Source: Fimbriosthenelais zetlandica (lineage: Eukaryota). From it: a DNA stretch of 64,000 nt. The translations under genes were made by a program, and so were the position numbers. The DNA is taken from assembly GCA_977030845.1 (NCBI GenBank), contig OZ365112.1, positions 14,198,001-14,262,000 of the forward strand. Direction: 5' to 3'. This document shows positions 54,862 through 64,000 of the stretch, piece by piece (position 1 is the first letter of the stretch; the number at the start of each line of letters is the position of its first letter). A model generated the notes under the pieces. That model was not told the origin of the DNA. It saw only the letters and a program-made list of their open reading frames with translations, and ran no database searches.

Positions 54862-57800
54862 GTAAGTAGTAAACTTCCTTTCTTTACTTGTATACATGTC
54901 TGTCAGTTTGGATGGTTACTCTATCCACGCGTCCTCCCCCCGACCATCCTCTCCATCCTCCACCTACCATGTGTGTCCATCCCCTCTATCCCCTCTTCCA
55001 AGGGCAATACTCTAGATTATAATACCTTAATTCCTTACTTATCCCCACATGAAACCGTGTGGATGATTTTCACAGGTTTTCTTGGGTTTGTGGGTTCTTT
55101 TTCTCGGGGTTTCAATGGTCGGGAACGATTGTAAACAAACACACGCGATGGTCGAGGAGGAGAGGGAGGAGGGCCATAGTTGAATACATTACTGTCGGTC
55201 TATACCATAAATCAGAGTTCTTAATGGTACCAATAAACATTATCCCTACACCTACTTCCTATTAACTACACAAAGATCTGAGAGCGCTTACACCTAGTTA
55301 AGAGATAACTAGAGATAAGAGCTTGGACTATGGGTGTGAACCTGGGCCTATACTCCGTCCCGGGACCTTTCAGTGAGGTGACCTATTGGTGTTGAATGAA
55401 TACTGTCTACAACTTGGGGCTTTTACTATGGCAGGCCTAACATCTAAAATAATATTGAGACTTACTTTCATATAGATTTAACTATTTAAATAATCTCTTC
55501 TATTGCTCACTTGTTTAAAAACTTAGATACACTCCTTGTTATGGGGGCAATTAAAGCTACAGCATTATGCAGATAAATTATGAGAATGGCTTCTCTGGGA
55601 GTTGCTCTTGTCTTGAGGTAATGATGGATATTGTGAGAGTTTGGAGTTGATAATGTGAAGACGGGACGAGCTGGTGGAGTTGAGGAAAGTGTTTTTACTT
55701 TCATTCTTGGAGTTTCCCACTCACATGCCCCTTGCTTGGTCGGGGTCCCGGGACGTTGGGTCTGCACTGACCGAGCCCCCACCTCTCTATCCCGTCAGAC
55801 TCATCAGTCATCTGTCGGAAACCAACACTTCCTTGCCAGCATGTTACCAACTTGTGAAAGGATAAAAAAAACTTCTCAGTCTTCTACCCCATAGCTAATC
55901 GCACGGATACTTTCATGTTGATTTTATTTAGAGGGGAATAAAAATGTGTAAGTTAGAGAAATTCTGGTGTGGCTTGATTTATGTGTATGTTTAAGGGTGT
56001 TGGTTGGATGATGGATGGATTTAAGGCACCTCTCACGAGTTTCATGTCAGCTTCTAGGCCTCCCAGTTCCATGATTGATATATGTTGCCAAGACAGTAGT
56101 TTTTTGACTTCCTTCTTTTTTTCATAAATCATAACATGAAAAATATCAATTCATGAAAAATGAATTATTAATGTCTTGGAAATAGAACCATACGCGACTT
56201 TTTATAAGGAATTGATTTTTGAACATTTACTTTCGAAGGGAGGGGAATAAATTCAAAAGTTTATCATATATTTCTGACCAATATGCATGAGTTTGATATT
56301 GCATATTGTATCAGTTTATGAAAGAGTTGTTCTGAAAAATGACGCGTGGAGTGCTGCGGTCGGGAGGGGCCAATTGATGACCCGCTTGAGTTCGAGAGGC
56401 CAGGGTGTGAAAAAGACCGCACCATTTCCTCTTAATCTGCCACTTTAATCAAGAGGTTGTAACGGGGATAATCCCCGTGATAATACCACTGTTCTGCTGG
56501 CACGAGGCGGGGTTAGCGGGGTTGGACTGGTGTGTTTTAGAGGAGGGGTAGATGTAGGGTTTGGGAGGTAGGGGGACAAAGCATGGGGAGGTGGCAGTGG
56601 GATACATTTCCAGTCGTGTGGTTTATTGTGAACTCTATGGGCCTGATGTTCACTAACCAACATCTGGTCACCATAGTAACCTCCTAACCCTCATCCCTTC
56701 CCCCTCCCTCCATCCCAGTTCGAAGCATCCTCATCTGTTCTCCCCATATCCCTGGTCTGTAAAGTTTCTCCCCTAGCAACCCACACCCTTCTACCAAAAC
56801 CATACTATATACACACCATGTGTAACTTTTCTCACAAAGGAAGAAAAGCTTCTGGTCTGCCCGGGGTTGGGGCCCTATTCCCCTTATTCCCCCACCCCTA
56901 ACACCCTTCTGGCAATGGTCGACAGGGGGCCTAACACAGTCCAGGAAGTTTTTCCCGGGGGCTACAAGCCTGCCTAGTCCACTACCCCATCAATATGCAC
57001 AGACACGGTCATTTGTTTACCCAGATAGCCCACCCAACACCCATATCAATTATAAGTACACTGAGGGTATTAACCAACACCCCAATCACACTCCTACCCC
57101 CTCCCCCTTTTACCCTTTCCCCCACTACCTCACCCCCTCATACACTCCCCACTCTCCACTTCCCCCTTTCCCTTCCCATGGCCAGACGAGAAAATTGCTT
57201 CAGCTGACGACAGAATCAGATTGTGTGATGCAAATGACAAATTATGCTTCTCTGGGAAAATGGGGGGAAAGCCAGGCCAAGTTATCGGTGATGGCAGAGA
57301 AAGGGGGAATGCTTTATATGATGGATGGACTAAATTCAAAATGCATGATGCCTACGAGTGAATTACTATAAAATACTTTTATTATTTCAGCCTGCAGGCA
57401 AGCCAGTCCATTACTGGGGCTTTAATTAAAATCAAATTCAAAGCTCTTATTTTAGTGGGTGGGGAAGGGTGGTTTATTGCAAAATTGTCTCTGATTTGAT
57501 AAGCTCGGCAGGCTTTCTAGTTTCAAAAGTCACTCTCTCATCTGGTTTATATTGTGGCGCCAGAATAGAAAGAATAAAAATGAGAAACAAAAGCAGGCTA
57601 TAACATGATTGAATTACCTCAAAAATAACAAAAACTAATTGAATCCTCTAACTAGATAACTTTATGATGGATTGCTTTATAACTATTGAATCTTCACGTG
57701 ATGCAATCCAAAGCCCTAAATTCATTAGGCTATGCCATGGTAGTAGACCTGTTGGGAATTTTTGAAGGCCTTTTTCTCAAACAGACCATGAGATAGTAAG

Positions 57801-59530
57801 AATGTGGGAGGCCTGTTAAGGTCAGAGTGTCCTCTGAGACTGGCCTGTATGAGGTGAGACACAGAACATGAAATATTCATATCATTTACCGTGTGTAGGT
57901 GGTTCACTCTTGATCATGTATACATATCTGTCTCGCGGCTATGGCCAGAGGTTATATACTTAGGATGCCAGTTCATGTTGGTGTATTTAAACTCTGATCC
58001 ACTCTGAACCACAGCCTTCTACACCTAATTCACACCATGTTTAAGAGATGTGAAATTAACATCTCTGACATAATCATTCAACATCATAAACAGTTGTGCT
58101 GTCACATGCGGATGATGTCATTTTTATTCATAAAGCTGTGGTGACAATTTACACAGCACTTTTAACACTTTTTCGTGCAGGGTGTTATATTCAAAATTGA
58201 ACTGTTCTATTGAAGATATATTTTAATGCTGAGTATAGGGACTGGGAAAAGGAGATAGGATTGGGAGAGTAAAAGGAAGAGGAAGAGAGAGGAGAGAGAG
58301 ATGTAGAGAGGAGAGGCCTGCACCTACTCGCCACATGTTACTCTGTTGTGGGTCAGAGAGAGAGTATCAGGCCACCGTGGCTATGTTTCACTAATCAATC
58401 ACTGACCCAACATATCAGGCCTGGAAATGAGGTCCAGATATACCTTCTCTTCATCAACTCCGCCTCCTTGGGGCTGGTCATCATTGGTGAAACAAGGAGG
58501 GCATCAAATAAACCACTTCCAAATCAATGGTGCCAGAACAGTCAGAAGGGGTCATATCCAGAGCTAAATTGATATATCCGGGATTTCATATGAGGTTAGA
58601 TATAGAAGGGCGGTGGGTGAAGGTCAGGTTGTGTTGAGGGTAGTGTGTATTAATAATGTGTGGCCCTCGTCATCCCTATCCCGTAACACCAGCTGTTTGC
58701 ATCCCTACCCATGTCCCTTTATCTCAGACCTACACCTCGTCTTTTATCTCGCCCTCCACGTTTACCTATCTCATGTGGGAACATTAATTAACTCTGTGTG
58801 CATGTGGAAACTTGTCCCCAACCAACACCCAACCTCATCTCAAAAAAATATCTCACTGGGTAAGCTCTACACGGTATCTCTGTGGTTAATAGTGGCGCAA
58901 CACCGTCTGACTTTTTCCCCTTCCATTCCCCCCTTTTTTGGTTGTACCACCAACTAATACATCATTTTTTTCACATAAAAAAGATTCCAGTCATTGACAA
59001 GCGTTCACAAGAGAAATTGCTTCTGTGGTGGCGATATGAGTCACTCCGAGTGATACAAATATGAATCATAAATTCCAGACTTTCCCTTCATTGTAATTGG
59101 TAAATTTAGCCCAAATTAAAATCTAAAATTTAATCATGGTTTGGGAGATGTTCATCTGCTCGTGTAATCCATATCTGCTCCAGCTTTAATGAGTCTCTGA
59201 ATTTGATACACGGATGGATCATACTCCTCTGATTAGAATTCTTTTTAATTTTGATTCCTAAATGAAGTTAGATTTTCCAATGATGAATCACATATTGTGA
59301 CACTATTCCCATGTGCCTCTCTTTTGAGTTCACTATCAAATTATTGAAGCAAATTTCACAGACATTTGTCAATGACCGTGGTCTTCATCCATCTTTCATT
59401 TCTCCTGGTTCTAACCCAATGCCCACTAAACACTAAACGAAGCTTTACATTGTCAAACGCTTTTTGCTTATCAGTGAATATTTTGCAATACCAATGACAG
59501 AGATTACAAACTTGTTGTCTTATTTTTCAG
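54862..59530 (+). other. Hox4: Hox4 intron (4669 bp, GT-AG, phase 1) between hexapeptide and homeodomain
   Basis: Donor A|GTAAGT and acceptor TTATTTTTCAG|C. The join A+CA gives Thr and keeps the frame: [28 protein letters not shown]. This is the typical Hox intron position. Confidence 0.93.
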
Positions 59531-59880
59531 CAAACCAAAACTATACAGGTGACAACAAGCGGACAAGAACTGCATACACTCGACACCAAGTTTTGGAGTT
59601 GGAGAAGGAATTCCATTTCAACAGGTACCTCACAAGGCGACGACGGATCGAGATAGCTCACTCTCTTTGCCTCACAGAACGCCAAATTAAGATTTGGTTT
59701 CAGAACAGGAGGATGAAATGGAAAAAGGATCATAAACTGCCCAACACCAAGGTTCGGTTATCCGACCAGAACAGGGACAGTTCTAAACATGATTCTGATA
59801 TGGGCATGTCACCTGATCCTGACTGCGGACCACCTGGTCTTACGTCCTTATCTCCAGAACATGATGACATTCAAGCATGA
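59531..59880 (+). CDS. Hox4: Hox4/Deformed, coding exon 2 (homeodomain 59554-59733, LPNTK motif, stop TGA 59878-59880)
   Basis: [60 protein letters not shown] followed by KLPNTK, the C-terminal flank diagnostic for Hox4/Dfd. The spliced protein is 305 aa. Confidence 0.98.
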
Positions 59881-62800
59881 TCTTCTCCCCCCTCCCCCCA
59901 CGTTACTCCTCACTTCACCCAAATAGACTCACATCATGATGATGATGGTGGCCTTTATACCATTGCTATTGATGTACTATAGTCCAGTGTACTATATTTG
60001 GGACTATCATCATCATTATTTCTCAAACAGAGTCATTGATATTGTGAATTAGTTCATCTCGCCCTTTTATTATATAAAGGAATACAAGATCTTGGATTAT
60101 ATGAAAGTATTCGACCGAATCATTGTGAATCTATTCTCATGAGAAATTCATCTCAATTTATGCCAATAAATGACCATATGCCACAATATCTCCACTGGGA
60201 CCACATTGGTGCAAACCTGGAGCACTGCCAGTCTTTACCTGTACAGAATTCAGATTTAATAGCACACAACATCGAATAAAAGGATATTCACCATTTATTA
60301 CCTACTGTATTTTTCCCAGGAAAAAAAATCCCCAAAAAGTATGTGTTGTGGAACGACACGTATAAATCATTTTGGTGGGCTTCACACGGAGAATTGAAAA
60401 TATAAAATAGTGTTGATTTGATCAAAGGTCCAGAACATGATCATAGCCATGTGAAATTATCCAGCAATTGTCTCATTGAGCTACGATTTGTCAGCTCAAC
60501 TCCGATTCATCCCACGAATTGAACAAATTGCTATATATTTAAAAGGATCGATTTTGTTCATGTATGATGATATGAAAAGATGACGAACTGCTCACAAGAC
60601 TATTAGTGACTGCCAGTGTTACAGAACTCTCCATTCTCTATTCGTCCAGTGTATCTCGGTAGTAGTTTGATGTGACTGTGACTATTTCCTTTCATGTGTT
60701 GCTTAACCAAGACCCCCGTAAGAATGTTTACCATATTTGAGTAGAATTTGATGTCCAGTTTTAAAAGGTTAAAATAAGGGAAGGGGCAGTCTCATGGGGA
60801 TGGGAAGGAAAGGTTTTGATGGTTTTTTCTTTAGCAGTGTTCTTGTCTGTATTATGTCAGTGACATGTGCTGTCACTTCCTATATAAAAGTAGGAAAATA
60901 ACCATTGATTCTGCCTTACAATCCATCAGAAGTCCTAATCACCTATAGTAATCACCATCTCACAAAAGATCACACACCAATGTAGTGTTCACTCTATCTA
61001 TGGCTCTATTTTTGGCCTCACACTGGTATTAATTTTAATGTTATTATCTTTATGGCATTAGTAGGTATTTGAGTTATTACGGTGCAGATTTGACATTATT
61101 CTGTTTTGTACACCCATACAAAACCAAAGAACGAGATCGAGATTTTGAATGTTTTCATTCTTGTGCTATGAGAAACAGTTCAGTGGTGGTTTAAATATAC
61201 TCATTACCTAAACGAGATCAAAGTTATAGTAAATGGTATTAAATAAAGATGTGTATCATCGATATGTCATGGCACATTTCATATTCCTTCCTACATCTTC
61301 ACTCATATCCACGCCTAGACTGCATAAAATACTTGAATAGCAGGTTCTTCTATGAACCACTTTAAGAATTTGACTTCCCCCATCCTGCCCATCCCCCTTA
61401 CCGAAATCGGCCACTGTACTTCGCCTTTCCAATTATCAATAACAAATTTTGATCGAAATTACAAAGGACCTCTTCTGACAAAAATAAATCATATATTTTC
61501 GTTATTTGTCAAAATTGGAAACTTTCCTGGGGAACACATGGTACACTCAATGACAGACAGACATTTTGTACAGATGTAGCTGTAAAGATATTTGCTTTTT
61601 TCGCCATGTATTATTGCGAGAATCTATTTATATAAAAGTAGTTGTATTCTTGTGAACCCTCATTCGATAGAAGGTGGGGACATGTGCATTGGGAAAGATG
61701 GTAAAGAATGTGGAAACAGATTTATTGAAAAATGAAAAAGGTGCCTGAGACCAATATTTATGTACGATAACAAACACTTTACATGTTATAGCATGTAATA
61801 TTATGCATGTGATGATGATTCAGGGATCTAGATGAGGATTGGAATGATCTTTTAGAAATTAGGCCAATAAAATGAAAGTTAGGTTTGTGGTAAAATGGCC
61901 TTAAAAGTAGGAAAATATATGAAAATATTAAAAACTGTGTTACAAAAGGAAATTTAAGTGGAAGATAGCGTTATTCTAATAGAGATGCAAATTTGTTCTT
62001 AAAGCTATTTTGGTAGACTGATATAAGCTGTAACATTTAGTCCAGGCCTTACCATTTGAGTCCAAAATGAACTGCCTATTAAACATTTCTTAGAAGGAAA
62101 ACATTAAAAAACTACCTGTTTATCCAAAGTGTGTGTTATGACCAAACTACAGTGTAATTATCATGAAGATTTTTGTGTTTCAACAAAAAGATTAATAGAC
62201 AGTATAGAAATGGGTGTACATTTTCATTATGGCTGTAAAGACTTTCAAACAGCATTTAATATTAATCATTATTATTGTATACAATGCCATAATCGTATTG
62301 GTGTGAATGAATGGTGGATAGTTGATATAGCATGCTATAACTGAGTCCTATATATATATTGGTTAGAATCTATGCACATTGATCATGAGATTCAAAATTT
62401 CATATAAAACAATGTTCCTATTTTGTAGGGGCCATGGCTGGCGTGAGTGGGTGACAGTTCATGATGTATGACTTGTGAAAGTAAAAAGTATATATAATTA
62501 TGATATATTGATGAAAAATCCCAAAAATGTGTGGAATGGTGAAGTTGTATGAGAAAATCCGAAAAAAAGAAAACCAATTAAGGGTGCTTTACTGGTATTT
62601 CCTTTGATATGCGCAAATGAGTTTAGCCCCAAGGGTTCAAGTTGAGAATACATTCAGCAGTTGCATTTCATTTTAATATTTTATCATTTCTTATTCCACG
62701 AGCACTCCCCATTTGCCTTTGATTATCTAGTCTCTGCTTGCAAGTTGCCATTGAGTTCGTTCTCATTTAACCAGATATTTTCTATTTATTTATTTGAGTT

Positions 62801-63432
62801 TATGGCATCATAAGAGATCCAGATCAATCAATTGTAGTAATGGTCTTGAAAAGCATTCGTGGGATTTTCATCTCAATGTCTCGGCGAACAGGGTAAAAAA
62901 ACGCTGACATTTTAAACCGTAAGAACTTTGTGATGAACAAAAAAGATGAATAATATAAAAATCCCCCAAAGATATTTATTTTGTGTCCTATTTATGAGTT
63001 GATAACCCTTGGAGTCAAGTATGAGAATGAATGAGTGTGTGGGAATGGGAGTTGTAAATGGGAAAGCCATGGCCCTGAGTCCATGGGGCATTGCTGGGAC
63101 GGTAATACCCAATCTAAATGATTATTTTCTGTTGTTCATGAAGTCATGAGGGACATGTAGTCATGTAGTCTTGAATGGACTTGCCCGCTTTTAACCACAA
63201 AAGGGACTGAGACCAAAAAACGTACTGCCGCCCTGATGGTACATTGAATGGTTGGTTATGAGAGGCAAAAACACACACAAGGACATGTATTGTAATCAGT
63301 CATTTATCATGGCGTTTACATTGAAAAAAGAAAGATTACAAGGGAGCTGTGTTCATGCCAAGACCAAGACATACATGAGATTAGGATAGATGTATGTGTA
63401 TTCTATAATTTCTTTACTTAATTCAAAATAAA
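59881..63432 (+). other. Probable Hox4 3' UTR; end uncertain (several AATAAA)
   Basis: AT-rich sequence after the stop codon, with AATAAA at 60165, 60275, 61242, 61483, 61866 and 63427. The last is followed by TG/T-rich sequence. The cleavage site cannot be determined from sequence alone. Confidence 0.35.
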
Positions 63433-64000
63433 AAAGTATTTCAGAAGACATTTTAGTCTGTTATATCTTCAGGTTTTCAATAGAATAGGTGTGTTGTCAT
63501 TGTATTATTGTATTGTAAAACATTGTGCAATTCTATGATCTGTGTGGAATGTTGTTGAATCTAATTGTATTATAACTGTATAATATCATTATGTGCTTGA
63601 TTTTTCTTTCTTTATATGATATTGTTTGTCCTCAAAGGTTTTACTCCTTTAAGGACCTTTTCAGATCTGTATAATTTCTTTTTTGGTGGAATGGTTTCTT
63701 TGTAGCTTCTTGTCTTTTGTTATCTTTGCTTATGGCTGTTTTATAAGGCGTTGGGGTAAACCCAATCATTAGGAAACTTCGTTAACGATTCTTTGACACT
63801 CTCTGCCACTCGCTATATCACATATCATTGGCGCGCCGCCCATACATCATTCACGAACGACCAAAATGGCAGGCCAGCTCGCAAACACTATTGTCGGCTT
63901 AATTTTTATTCCAATAAAAAAGGGGAAATATTGCAACTAAATAACCACACTACTTGGCAGATGGTTTTCTTCGTGGCATTTCCTCAAATTTCAGTTCCAG

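Noticed and set aside
59464-59530. Upstream part of the 138-aa ORF containing the homeobox
   Set aside because: It is intronic sequence read in frame; the real exon begins at the 59531 acceptor.

Overview
Eukaryotic, animal genomic DNA, roughly 40% GC by eye, from the interior of a Hox cluster. It contains one complete protein-coding gene, Hox4/Deformed, on the + strand (exon 1 54294-54861, 4669-bp intron, exon 2 59531-59880; 305 aa with MSSFL N-terminus, YPWM hexapeptide, homeodomain and the diagnostic LPNTK). The mir-10 hairpin lies about 38 kb upstream on the same strand (mature arm 16056-16078), which is its canonical Hox5-Hox4 position. No Hox5 homeobox is visible, so the window is the Hox5-Hox4 intergenic region plus Hox4. 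The source is probably a non-chordate bilaterian, possibly a lophotrochozoan (inferred from TRHQVLE and LPNTKVRLS; not certain). I recognise no other ORF, tRNA, rRNA or transposon coding remnant. Most interesting non-annotated signals: (1) an apparent excess of perfect nuclear-receptor direct repeats (three DR1, one DR5, one DR7, one composite DR8, all on +), plus an IR0; (2) a chain of candidate non-coding + strand exons, including a very clean 36-nt microexon, that could form a long transcript hosting mir-10 and splicing into Hox4; (3) a second miRNA-sized hairpin 2.1 kb downstream of mir-10; (4) an NF-Y/E-box module with tandem start-stop codons just upstream of Hox4; (5) a Meis + Pbx/Hox1-type composite site and convergent CTCF-like pairs. 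All motif scans were done by eye and may be incomplete; the probability figures are rough hand estimates assuming about 40% GC and independent bases.
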